Shown here: piece by piece, positions 50,823 through 64,000 of the stretch
How the letters are laid out: every line of letters begins with the position of its first letter
Position numbering within the stretch: the first letter of the stretch is position 1
Origin: Rebecca billardiae RCC1528
Taxonomy: Eukaryota > Protista > Haptophyta
Length of the DNA stretch: 64,000 bases
NCBI GenBank assembly: GCA_965240325.2
Contig: OZ251234.1
Span: 1,922,001 to 1,986,000, forward strand
Reading direction: 5' to 3'
Translations under genes and position numbers: made by a program
Notes under the pieces: model-generated
What the model saw: only the letters and a program-made list of their open reading frames with translations
Database searches by the model: none
Told to the model about the DNA's origin: nothing

Positions 50823-53365
50823 TTACCGATTTTGGGCAACTGAAAACATGAAACTGCACTTTTTTGAAAAACGCACTTCAAAAAGTTTCATCTTTTGAAA
50901 ACCGGATTTAAAACATGTTTTGTTTTGTTTTTGGAAAACAAGTTTTGCCAAAACGAAACAAAACATGAAAACGTTTTTCAAAACCTGTTTTCAAAACGTG
51001 TTTTCAAAAAGTGCAAACCTGTTTTCTCTTTTTCAAAAACGTTTTCACTTTTTGTCTTCTTCCAAAAAGTGACGCTCGAAAACACACGGTGAACAGAATG
51101 GCGGCCAAATGTCTACTTCACGGTGGCCGCCGCGCGACGCGGGCCGGCGGCCTAGTAAGAACCCTGAGCCGGCGCGGACGGGCACTGGCAGGTGCGCAAC
51201 CACCCAATACATGCTCCAGACACCGCTCACCAGCCCCTGCCACTGCGTCTCCTCGTCTATTACTGCCCGCGACACGCGCGAATGTCATCTCAATCGCGGC
51301 TGCGTCGCGCGACCGCGCGTCCGCGCGCGCATGCGGTGCGCAGGCGTCAGATGGCGGAGGTGGAGATGCGGTGCGACGCGCATGGACGATCTCGCGCAGA
51401 CGCACCTCGCTCGCAGGCCCGCTGCCACTGGATGCGCCCGGCTGCACCGTCCGTTTGCTGCGCGCAGTCGCAGCCGGCCGTTCTTGTCAACGGTGTTGGT
51501 GCGCTTCTTCATGATCTTGCCCACGATCACCTGCTTGGCGGCCTGCTCGACGCGGCCAGCTCGCGGCATGCTCGTGCCGCGTCTGTTCGAGCTCAGCCCG
51601 CCCGCCCGGCACGTGCGGTCGCGGAACGTGTTGCCGATGATCTTGCCGTCGTGCTCCGACGCTTGTGTGCTCGCGCGGTGCAGCGCGCCGCCGAGTCGCA
51701 CGATGGCGCGAAGGGCGATGGCGACGACCACGTGCGGGTAGCACGCGACCGTGCTCGTCCACCGCTTGAGCTCACGCACATACGCGCACCTGGCGTTGAG
51801 CGCAGCAAGCACCATCACCTTCACCTCCGCGGCGGTCGTCGGACGCCGCCGACGAGTTCGCGCACCGCCGCCAACCACAGCCGGCAGAAGTCCTCACGCG
51901 TGAGCTGCGGCTGCTGCGGTGCCTGAGCAGCGTTGGCGTAGCCCTCGCACGGCACGTTGGCGTCACGCGCGTGCTGCATCCTCTGCTGCCCGCCGTCACC
52001 GGCGTGGCCCTGGCGGTACCTGGCCGCACGCGGCGCGCACTACGACCTCGTCGTGTCCGCCGACTTTGCGTCTGCCGACGGCTCGGTCCACACTGATCGT
52101 CAGCCCTGGGCTCCGCGGGGCCCCGTGCAGCGCCACTGCTGTGCGACGATCGCATCGATATGACTCACAGCGACTCACGCGTACTTGTGTCGTAGTAGCA
52201 GTATGGCAGCGTCATGCAGGGCATCAGACGACTGATAATGACGCTGAGGGCTCCTGCCCGAAGCGCACGGGCCCGCGGAGGGATGAAAGTCGAAAGACAT
52301 GATGATGATGATGATGAGTGAATTGAGTGATGATCGGCTCGCGTCCGGACGCGCGCATCATCACGCTGCTCGTCGCGCCCAGATTCCGCTGCTCGCCATG
52401 ATGACGAACGAAGCACGGACTCCTGCAGGCCGATGTGCTCAGCGGCGCGCTTACTGCGTCGGCGACAGGATCCTCCATCAGCTCCCGCCCCTGGCCCTGT
52501 CGCAGCAGGGCACGGCTGAGGGTCACACCCGCTGATGGCCGGGCGAGACCAAGCATCAAGCGCGCACGCATGCGCGGTCGCCGCGGCGCACTTGCGCGCA
52601 CCACCGGAACCTCAACGGTCTTCTTGCGCGTCATGCGGATGACCTGCATTGCCCTGCAGACGGTCGGCTCGCTGACGCTCAGGCCATACCACAGCGCAAG
52701 GCGTGCACACGTTTGGGCCAGCGTGTCTCGCGAGTACATCGTGACGAGTGCTTTCAGCAGGAAGAGCTGGGGCAGGTCAAAGATCGGCGGGCCAGAGGAC
52801 GCGACGCCACCCGACTGCGTGCTCACGATCTGCTGCGTCGCGAGGTACTCCCGCACCCACTTGAACACGGTCGATTTGGCGACGCCCGTGAGTCGAGCGA
52901 TCTCGTCGTACGTGCACGACGAGTTGCCCGCGCGCAGTCGGAGGGCAGTCCCCACGACGCGCTGCCGAAGGCACACGTCGTAGCTCCTACCCTGTCGGTA
53001 CACGCCGTTGTGCGCGTTGACTGCGATCCGCGGCCGTGGCTCGCGCGGCATCTCCTGTCGCCGCCGATGCCCGCCGCCGCGCGACGCGGTGGGCAACGGT
53101 CTTTCTTTCCTCTCCAAGAAAACTTTCAAAACAAAACCTGAAACACGTTTTGAAAACTTAAGTTTTGTTTTGTTTTTTTGAAACACGTTTTGAAAACTTG
53201 TTTTCAAAACGTGTTTCAAAAAAACAAAACAAAACAAGTTTTTCGAAAACATGTTTTCAAAAAGATTTTTTTCCAAAACATGTTTTAAAAAATGAAAAAA
53301 GTTCAAAAAACAAAACAAAACTTGCAAAAACGAAATGCATGTTTTCAGTTGCCCAAAATCGGTAA
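50823..53365 (-). mobile_element. Non-autonomous IS630/Tc1-mariner-type DNA transposon inserted in (TA)n
   Basis: Perfect 28-bp TIR TTACCGATTTTGGGCAACTGAAAACATG. TA flanks. About 250-bp AT-rich subterminal repeat arrays. Internal transposase N-terminus. Confidence 0.88.
52600..53051 (-). pseudogene. Transposase N-terminal DNA-binding part (paired-like HTH + winged helix); no DDE domain seen
   Basis: GVYRQGRSY...LRQRVV, TYDEIARLTGVAKSTVFKWVREY, VSEPTVCRAMQVIRMTRKK. Confidence 0.75.
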
Positions 53366-53391
53366 TATATATATGTATGTATGTATGTATG

Positions 53392-56300
53392 CGCTGCGTT
53401 TTTCCACGGGCCGGTCCGCCAGACCGCGAAACAATTCACGCATTTTCAGAGCGAGTCGCGGCTCCGCCTTCCCATTGGTCGGTTGGGGGGGGATCGAAAA
53501 ATGAGCGGTCGCCAAAGTGAGACATATTATCTCAATACCATCAGGCGAAAGACTGGAATCAGGAAGAAAACGAGCCAATGGTCGTCCCGGAAGGCATGAT
53601 GGCTTGGCCGCAATCTCCTTAGCATCTCAGCAATCTTCGCTCCTTTTTTGTGTCCTTCTCCACCCTCCACGAGGCCTGGACGAGATCGCTTGCGAGCGGA
53701 AGGGCTTCGGGTCGAGACTCGAGTAGAGCGCGTCAAAGCGAGGGAGCCGCTGGCTCGCTGGCTCCGTGAGGTTCAAGGCAGCTAGCCGCCGACGCTGATG
53801 GCGAAGACGGCGGCTGGCCAAGGGCCGTAAGGGCACCCAACTCCCAGTGCGGCCAGCTCGGAGGTTGAGGTGCCTCTGTCTGTCTCGTGGCCTCGCGACT
53901 CGCGTCCGGCCGGCGTGCTTCAAACGCTGCGCGAGGGCGCGACGTCGAGCGCTCTGCCTGGATGACTGGCGGCGATGCCGAACCCGGACGGCTCGCCGCT
54001 GAGCGGCGCGGGTCAAGGCTCTCCTGACACGCGCGTGAGTCCGCCAGGCTCGCCTCTTTCGCCTCTCGGCCCGTGCAATCGGCAGTTGCCAACGCGGCGC
54101 GCGAGCTCACTCGTGCCGTGCGCGCCAGCAGCAAACGGAGCGCTCGGGCTGCTTGCACCGGGCACGCAGGGGCAAGCGTGGGCGCCCGCCCGCACTTTGG
54201 CTTGTAGGCCCCTACGGGCAGCCTCCATGTCCGCCTGACTCACTTCCGTTCCCGGCGGTCGGCTGCTCGACTCGTCGCGCGTCCGGTGGCCTCAGCCGAG
54301 CTGCGCTCGGCTCGCCCCCACCTCCGCCTCCACCTCCGCCTCGCCATCAGCACTGTCCGCCTCGCCCGCCGCGCGCCGCCCGCCGCGCGCCGCCCGCCGC
54401 GGCGCCCCGTCATGCCCGCACCCTCGCCTCCCGCGTCTTCGGCGACGGGCCACTCACCGCGGGCACTCACGGCGGCGAGCACAACAGAGGCGCCCCAACC
54501 TCCGCACTGGGAGTTGGGTGCCCTTACGGCCCTTGGGCTGGCGATGGTCGCAACTCAAGTGGGATTGGGGATTGGAAGATGGGCTGAAAGACCAGGCATC
54601 GTATTCAACTCCAGCCGACCAACACTGCAGCTCTGTGATGCGGGCCCGGCCACTGGTCTGTACACGGCAGGCCCCGGGCTTGCGTCGCGCCGCAGGTTGG
54701 GGTCGCCGGCCTTCCTATAGGCGCTCACCACGGCTCTTGCGACGGTGACGGTGACATGGATGAAGACGATGGCGACGCCTTTCACGACGCTGCCTCTGCG
54801 TGGCCAGACTCGCTGCGCAGTCGATCGGCCGGATGCACATCAAAAGGGTGGTGGCGGGCCGGTCCGCGGCGGGCAAGCTCATCATGTCGTTAGGGCCTGG
54901 CGTCCGCGGCATGTGCCGTTTTCACCTCCCGCAGGTCGCATTTGAGCTGATGGAGTTATGCGGCGACGTCCTCAAGACCGGGCCAGAGGATCACAGCGTG
55001 GAGTGCAACGCTTGTTCTGCCGGGCGGTGAGCCGCGCGTGTTGATTCGCCGCGAATGATCGCTCGGCGACGACGACTACCGGTCGTCGACTATACGGGAT
55101 TAACGGCCGCGTACGTACTGCTATAATAACGGCGGTATAACTATCGGACCGTGTAGTAGTACCGGCGGGCCGTGGCGCGCCGCCGAGTCGTGCCGATTCC
55201 AGGACGTTATTCCGCCTATTCGTTCCGACGACTCATCCGACGTCGGGCCCGCGCGCGCATGTTAGCCCGTTATTATTACTCGTCGTTGTTCACCTACTTC
55301 CTGAATTCCTCATCCCGATCCGAGTCCGACTCAGAAGTCAGTGTCAGATCCGGGCGCTGCGCCATCAGTGCGGGCGGCGTCACCACTTCTGTCGCCGCCG
55401 GCGGAACGTCTCCGCCGCCGGTCGGACCGGCGCTAGAAGTCGTAGCAGATGAATTACTGGCGCTATTATTGCTAGATCCGAGTATCCGTGACCGTCAGAC
55501 GGTGATGCGGCACCGTGTCCCGTGATGCGGGACATGAGTCTGGTCCGGCGGCGGCACTCGCCAATCGCGATAGTTCGACACGCGGTGACTGCATGCTCTG
55601 ATGATGATCGTCATCTGTATATTGAGTGACTGGCGGGCAGCAGAGTGACGACGACGCCCACCGCGCTGTCGTCCGTCTAGTGCCAAGCTCCCAAGAGTCA
55701 TCGTCGCGGGCCTTTGACGCGGGGCGCCGTGCGCACCGGCGCTGCAATAACTCGCCAACTCGGCATCGTCACGAGTCTGCACGGGCCTCGGCCGATTTGG
55801 TGAACCCAGCGGCGTGCACTGCCGCGAGCGTGCTGCCCGGGCTGACCTTGGATTCGATGCCAGAGTGATAAGACATGACAATTCCATAGTCTGTGCTTGC
55901 CCTCCCCACTACCCGCGTACGCCGCGAGTGCCTCCGTACGAGTTCATGGCCGCGTAGAACGGCGCACCGTGCGGCGGGCGACGAGGCCGCACTCGTGAGC
56001 TGCATGCTGCATCCAGGCAACGCCTTGGACGCGTACCTGTGCTTCCTGAGAAGGCGGGCCTCACGCCTGGCTGCGCTGGTGTCGGTGGACGCCCTGAGCT
56101 TCACCGCAGCCAGCCCACCCTGGGCGTCGACAACCTTGTTTACAAACCGTGCCGTGCAGGAGCCCGCTCCCACAAGCTGCTCTCACAGTGAGCCGCAGCT
56201 GGGACATCCATCTGTTCGGCCTCCTCGCTGGGGAGCGTCAGGTCGAGCGCCGGAACTTCCGACTTGCGCGAGCCCAGCAGCCGGCCGAGCGGCGCCCAGC

Positions 56301-56870
56301 CGCGCGCGCTCTCCCCCTCCGCGCGGCGCAGCGTGAATGAAGGCGGGCGCGCACGACGTTGATTGAGAAAGAGCTCCTCCTCCTGCACGCGCAGGCTCCA
56401 CAGCACAAGCGCGCCCGATGCGAAGAGGAAAGCATCGAAGGGTGCGGGCAGCGCGTCAGCTCGTCGCGCTCCCACTGAGAGCGCGACGTGGGCAACGTGA
56501 ACGTCACGTGCCGACGGGCGTCGGTCAGACGACGTGGACGGGAGGCGAGCAGCGCGGCGGAGGAGACGTGGGTGCCAGTGAGCGTGCACGGCGCGGACGG
56601 CTCCCCGCCGCAGGGCGGCGTCGTGTGCTCGCCCGCCGGCCGCCTGCTCCAGGATCCTCAGAATCCTCAGAAGTCCGCCTCGCCGGGCCGCGTTGAGAGC
56701 CCCAACTGAAAACTCCCAAGGGGGGCTTCCAGGTCTTGCATCTGAAGACCACGATCTCCGTCCGATCTTCGTTTAGTCTATTGGTGCGACGAAGCAGGAA
56801 TATGATTTTCTTTTGTCCTCCGCGTGTCGATCTCGCCGGCTCGCAAGCCAAGCCTTTCAGAAACGCGGCG
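53392..56870. mobile_element. Putative 3.5-kb TIR element inserted in (TATG)n, carrying decayed gene fragments
   Basis: Imperfect 12-bp TIR CGCTGCGTTTTT / AGAAACGCGGCG with TATG on both sides. Internal kinase-like (~55790-56170) and DUF155/RMD1-like (~56340-56510) fragments on the minus strand. Confidence 0.45.
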
Positions 56871-57196
<326 letters not shown>

Positions 57197-57210
57197 TTTC
57201 AGTAGTGGTA

Positions 57211-57884
57211 CCTGGTGGATTTTCAGCCACCGGGATTCGGACATTTCGACTTAAGGCGAGACGGCGAGCACCGAACCGTTTCCCTTAAGAAGAGCTGTAC
57301 CCACCTGGTCGCATTGCACTATTCACGCGGCGCCTTCTGGGGCTTCGGGTCATTTTTGAGACTAGGACTTCTGAGCGGCTGTGAATACTTTCGTAGGCCG
57401 CAAACGGCGCGGCTGGTATGGGTTTCCGACGGAATCTTACCTGTGAAGCGTGTTTCCAATAGTGTCCGCCACGCCGCCGCCGTGAAGAAGGTATAAGGAG
57501 AACGGCGCGGCTCGTATTGGGTTTCCGACGGAATCTTACCTGTAAAGAGTGTTTCCAATAGTGTCCGCCACGCCGCCGCCGTTAAAAAGGTAAGGAGCTT
57601 ACCTTCTTCACGGCGGCGGCGTGGCGGACACTATTGGAAACACGCTTCACAGGTAAGATTCCGTCGGAAACCCATACCAGCCGCGCCGTTTGCGGCCCAC
57701 GAAAGTATAATCACAGCCGCTCAGAAGTCCTAGTCTCAAAAATGACCCGAAGCCCCAGAAGGCGCCGCGTGAATAGTGCAATGCGACCAGGTGGGTACAG
57801 CTCTTCTTAAGGGAAACGGTTCGGTGCTCGCCGTCTCGCCTTAAGTCGAAATGTCCGAATCCCGGTGGCTGAAAATCCACCAGG
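57211..57884. mobile_element. Foldback MITE (arms about 280 bp, TA flanks)
   Basis: TA|CCTGGTGGATTTTCAGCC...GGCTGAAAATCCACCAGG|TA. The spacer is a direct duplicate of the inner ~95 bp of the left arm. Confidence 0.85.
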
Positions 57885-57894
57885 TAGTGTCTGG

Positions 57895-59262
<1,368 letters not shown>

Positions 59263-59263
<1 letters not shown>

Positions 59264-60519
59264 TATTTCAGTGGCGTGTCGACAACCCATGACAACCCGT
59301 GCGCGGTGATGAGCTCTGCACTGCCAGGGGCAGGATCCCAGCCCACACTTTCTCTCAAGCTGCCTCCTTTAACGAGCCACCAGGTCCGTGCTGACTTGGT
59401 CAGCATGCCTTCTTTGGTCACGTAGGTGGATGGGTCGTAGCCCTGAGACTCGAGCGCACTCTCCACAACCCTCATCCAGTAGCCCATGGTCACTCGAGAC
59501 TTGGCCGCCTGCATGATCGGCGCGAGCAACTCGTGACTGGTCGCCAAGCGGTCAGGCCGCAGGTCCTCCCACTCGTCGACCACCACATGAGGGAAATGCC
59601 AGTTGTAGAGCGCTTTGCTCAGATGGCTGCGCTTGACGACTGGGATGGTGCCCAGGATGATGGACTCGTAGAAGCGATGCGTATCGAGACCGTTGCCCTC
59701 TGGGCAGAGCTCGAAGGCGTACTTGCCGTGCGCTGTGTACGTATCCGGCCTGGAGAGTCGGGGCAGGAAGTCGATGTAGCTGCGGTTCTGCAGAGCCAGA
59801 ACCATGTCCAGCCTGGGAAACAAGCCGAGCGCGGATTTCGAGACAACCGGCTTTCTGCCCTTGGCCTGCGCCGAGTGATGCGAGGTCGAGAGCACGCGCG
59901 GGCTGCGCTTCGCAGTGGGCGGCAGAGATAGCGCAGCCTTTGCCATTTCTGCGAAGTCCTTGCTTTGTTTCCAATGGACGGCCCTGGACTCAAGGCCTAT
60001 TGGCAACACAGTGAGCTTCGGGTGGTTGGCGATCGGGTCGACCCAATCCTCAGCGAAGAGCTGGACGAGGTCAGGGTCGTCCAGGAGTTTCATCGGCTTG
60101 CCGTTTGGGCCCAGCTTCTTCATCGGCCAGTTGTACGTCGACCGATCGGAGGAATGGTACGCATCGTCAATCACGAAGAGGACGTATGGCATCCCGGAGA
60201 TCGGCTTGGACAGGAAACCGGCGATCTTGCGCTTAGCCATTACAAGCGTCTTGACGCCAGGCACGGCCACCGCAGAGAAGGCAAGGCGGTAGTAGAGTCG
60301 AGCCGCGGGGAAGTGCCAGAGCTCAGCACGTAACGTGTTGTACGAGGTGCGCCTCGCTGTGCCGATGACCGTGACGGTCTTGGCGAGGGTTCGCTCTGTG
60401 CGATTAGGCGTGGGCGAAGCTGCCAAAGAAGCAGCGCGCGGCTCGCAGCGCACCGAAGGCGATACGCCCAGCAGCACCGCCACGACGCCTCCCGTCCAAG
60501 CGACCGTCCTCGGCTTCAT
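59263..60519 (-). CDS. Exostosin (GT47)-like glycosyltransferase
   Basis: N-terminal hydrophobic anchor. LPIGLE and [30 protein letters not shown]...VVVDEW. Intronless and lower GC. Confidence 0.75.
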
Positions 60520-61730
60520 GAGGCATAGGCGCTCCGCGGGCTCGCGGCTGCCCACCGTCACGGCTGTCTTGACGAACCAGAGTCGGCTCAGTAGTTGGAG
60601 GAATGCGGGCGGGGAACTAATCGGCCGAGAGTGATGACGGTGCGACCAACTTTTGTAAGCCCCGGCAGCCAGTGCGCAGCGCGGCAGAGGCTGGGGAAGA
60701 GGCAGGTCGCCGCTCGCCAGCACTGGCGAGCGGCGACCTGCCTCTTTGCTGCCTCTTCCCCAGCCTCTGCCGCGCTGCGCGCGCCGCGATGTGCGTCCGT
60801 CTGACAATGATGTGTTGGTCAACACATGGGGGCCCTGAGATTGAGGCAGACCCTGCTGCTGGCAGTCACACTGGTAACGGAGCTCACAACGGCATTGCAC
60901 AGTCAGACACTGGACAGCAGGCCGCACAGCCACCTGCTGGCTCTGCCAGGCCACTGGCAGCCCCCAGGCGCAGGCCGCCTCCTCCTCGTCAAGCTCAGCA
61001 AGACAGCCCCCCGTCCAAACGACACTGCCCACCCCGCCAGGCAAATGTGCCTATCCTAGCACCAACTGGCAGGCAGGCTCAGCCTGCGCAGCGGAGCACG
61101 CTAACCCCTGCAAAGAGCAGCAGGAAGAGGGCGAGGCGCGCAAACGACACCTCCCCAGGCGTATGCGGTATGAGCCAGAGTGTGTCGCCACCACTCTGCT
61201 TGCGTCCTACAGCGGCCCACGCCCTGACTTGATGCCCGATGAGTCGCACCGTGACATGTCTGACATGACTGACCCCTCTGCCTCCATAGCCGCACGAGTG
61301 AAGTACAGGCGCCTCATGGCCAGGGCCAGTGGCCCAGACCCCTGCCCAGCCGTACTGGGCTCGCTGATAGTCCCCTCCGTCCCCTTCCCCGCGCAGGGAT
61401 CGGCTAGTGGCTGGCCCTCTGCCCACACTGGGGCACCCTAGGGGGTGCCCCGTCTGCCGACTCGGCTCACACGCGATGATCTCGAATTGCAAGGCAGTGC
61501 TAACTGCTTGTACCTGGGACCACCCCACAGTGTTGGGCTTGTATGCTGCTGGCAATGGCATACCCCCGCCCCCTCTGGAGGCGGGCTGTCCGCAGTGGAG
61601 TGGTGTCAAGGCACTAGGTGTCTTGGTCAGTGCGGTTTGAGGTTGGGTGAGGGTGGTGGTTGGTTGGGGGCTGGCCAGGGTAGGGCTGGAGGCTTCGGCC
61701 GCCAGTCTGATCACCCGGAGCCCGTTATTA

Positions 61731-63224
61731 TGGCGGGCCGTAGGTCCGCCCCTTGTAGTGCCCGGGAAAAAGATAAGAAAAAGAAAAGGAAAAATAAAAT
61801 CGCTCGCTAAGAAAAGAAAACTCGCTTCGCTCACTACCGGGCGCCCTCGCAGCTCCCACTGGGGACGCTCGGCCGAAAACAACTTCCGGATGGCGCGGAG
61901 CGCGTGGGCCGCGCGCGCCGAATCCAACGCCGGCGCGGACATCGCGCGAGGATTCCCGAACGGTGTTTTCGCCCGATTCGCGATTGCTGCCCTCGTCGTC
62001 TCGCGTGCAGGTCGAACGGGGGCTATATCGACGCGTTTTGAGCGGTACGCTCGGCGCGTCGACACGATCGTGCGACCTGGGGCGATCCTCGCCCGACGTG
62101 CACGTCGAAAGCTCGCACCGGCCATAGCATCATGCGCTGCGCACGATGGCCGCCTCGCGCGATCCACCGTCGCGCGTCGGGCTCGGTGCGGAAACGCATT
62201 CATCACGAGGCGTCTCGCGGGCGGGAAGCGCCATCGCACGCGACGCAAGCTTTGGCGCGGCCTTCTGAACACCATAACCGGAATCCACACACCGGACTGT
62301 CGCGTGCCCCGGTTGGCAAGGTCGGGCGCATGCAAATCCGTTTGCTACGGTCGGTGGTGTTCCAGGGCGAGCGATCATCTTTCGCGCTCGCGAGCTCGCT
62401 CGGCGCCCGCTCGGCGCCTGACGGTGAGGGCCCACGTCCAGCCTGCATGGCGTCGACGGTGGCCAGTGCGACGGAGGCGCAGCGCGAAGCGGCGTACGAG
62501 GCGCACCGCACGCACCTGCCGGTTCTGCCGCCGTGGCCGGAATCGCGTCTTCGCGAGTCGGCGACTGAGGCGACAGCGCGCTATCACAAATCCCAGGTGC
62601 GCATCTGCGCCGAGATGAAACGTCGCGCGTGCAAGATCGCCGCGCCATCCTTGTCCATGACACGGGCGCTGCGGGACGAGGCCAACGTCGTGAAGCCGGT
62701 GACGCATGCGCTGCGCTTCCTGTGCCTGCTCGAGCAGCGCGTGCCCACCCTCGATCGCGAGTGGCACACGCTCTCGCACTGCGCGCGCGCGCACCGCACT
62801 TCCAGACGACCTAAACAAATGAAACATGACATCACACTCCGCCACCACTGTTTAGCTCCGAGGACATTGAACCGTCACCGTCAGGCGTCACAAGCAAGCC
62901 GCCGTCGCACGCCAAGTATTAAGTAATCAATCAGTTGGCAGTGCGTGCGCGCAGTCGACGGCTCGGCACGATGACGAGTAGCGCCGTGGGTGCACGAACA
63001 CACGCGCAAGATTCACACTGTCGGTGAGATCACCAGAGTCATCTGTCGCGTTATTATTCGTCAGTGAGTCAGGTAGCTCACCATCATCTTCAATCTGTGT
63101 GTCGCATTGTTATTCGTCATCCTGCCCGTCAAAACGCTAAATAAAAGGCGCGAACCCGCTGGGGAAATATTGCGACAGCACTGGCACGGCCCGCCGACCC
63201 CCCCCGCCCGCCAGGGCAGAGTTT
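61731..63224 (+). mobile_element. Hairpin-ended repeat family, copy C (inverted, both termini present)
   Basis: Begins TTATTA|TGGCGGGCCGTAGGTCCGCC and ends GCCCGCCAGGGCAGAGTTT|AAATAA. ORF MASTVASATEAQ...PTLDREWHTL starts at 62447. Confidence 0.75.
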
Positions 63225-63399
63225 AAATAAAGGGGAGAAAAAAAAAGAACTGGCTGCAAGGGGGTTCAATCAAGGATTGAACCCCGCTGGCTGTTGCGGA
63301 CCCTGTCGCTGGACACCCTTGCCCTGGACAGATCCACACCCTTGCTCCAAGTTCAAAGTAGCTTTCGCTCTTCGAGTGCTGACACGCGGATTTGGACCC

Positions 63400-63965
63400 T
63401 CCCGCGCGCGCGGCGTGCTGCGCAGGCGAGGAGGGCGTCCCGTGTCCGCGGCCGGCGAAGAAGAGGTGCAGGGCACCGCCTGCGCCACCGCCGCCGCTGT
63501 GCACCGCCCTCGCCGGGCCCGGCGTGCCGAGAAGTCCGCCGACGCCGGCGCCGCTCACGAACGGTGCGCCCGCTCGGATCTGACTCTATCTGACCTGCGC
63601 GTGCGCGCGTGCGCGTGCGCGGCGAGGCGCGGGCGGATTGCGGGATCGGGCTTCGTAGCATTGCTCCAGGGCCATGCCCCCACCGTGCCCGCACGCGTTT
63701 AGCTCGCTCAGCCCTCCACAGCGCTCCAGTAAACTCGCCAAGTGGTTTGCGCTCGCGGATTGGTGACGCGTCGACTCACACGTGGAATCGCCCGCTCCCG
63801 CGCGCGCGGCGTGTTGCGCAGGCGAGGAGGTCGTCTCGCGTCAGCGGACGGCGTGGCAGAGGTGCAAGAGCCCGCCCGCGCCGCCGCCGCCGCAGTGTGC
63901 CGCCCGTACCACGCCTGGCGTGCCGATGAGTCTGCCGACGCCGGCGCCGCTCACGAACGGTGGGC
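63400..63965. repeat. Diverged direct repeats of about 170 bp (63400-63566 / 63796-63962)
   Basis: cccgcgcgcgcggcgtg...caggcgaggagg...gacgccggcgccgctcacgaacggtg occurs twice. Confidence 0.7.
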
Positions 63966-64000
63966 TTGCGCCGTTCGTCGCAACCACCCGCACGCACACT

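Overview
This is a very GC-rich, gene-dense eukaryotic nuclear segment with short GT-AG introns of about 100 nt and microsatellites. The overall style suggests an alga such as a pavlovophyte haptophyte (inference only). Host genes: a three-domain Mpo1/2OG-oxygenase-like/PEMT-like membrane protein, a Q-P repeat protein, a MYND-finger protein, mitochondrial ribosomal proteins uL2 and uL4, an F-box/E2 fusion, a small polytopic membrane protein, an EF-hand repeat protein, NOP9 plus a partial duplicate, a divergent NXPE-like / sialate O-acetylesterase pair, a pseudokinase-RBR E3 fusion and an exostosin-like glycosyltransferase. Mobile DNA is abundant: a young 7.2-kb Ty1/copia element with apparently identical LTRs and unusual features (a -1 slippery site between protease and integrase, no integrase HHCC motif, TG...TA ends, a non-TGG primer site), two foldback MITEs, a non-autonomous IS630/Tc1-type element, a microsatellite-targeting RLE non-LTR fragment, and a multi-copy hairpin-ended element that forms head-to-tail junctions. 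A putative dual-guide C/D snoRNA lies in the long uL2m intron. All domain calls come from motif recognition by eye; no searches were run.
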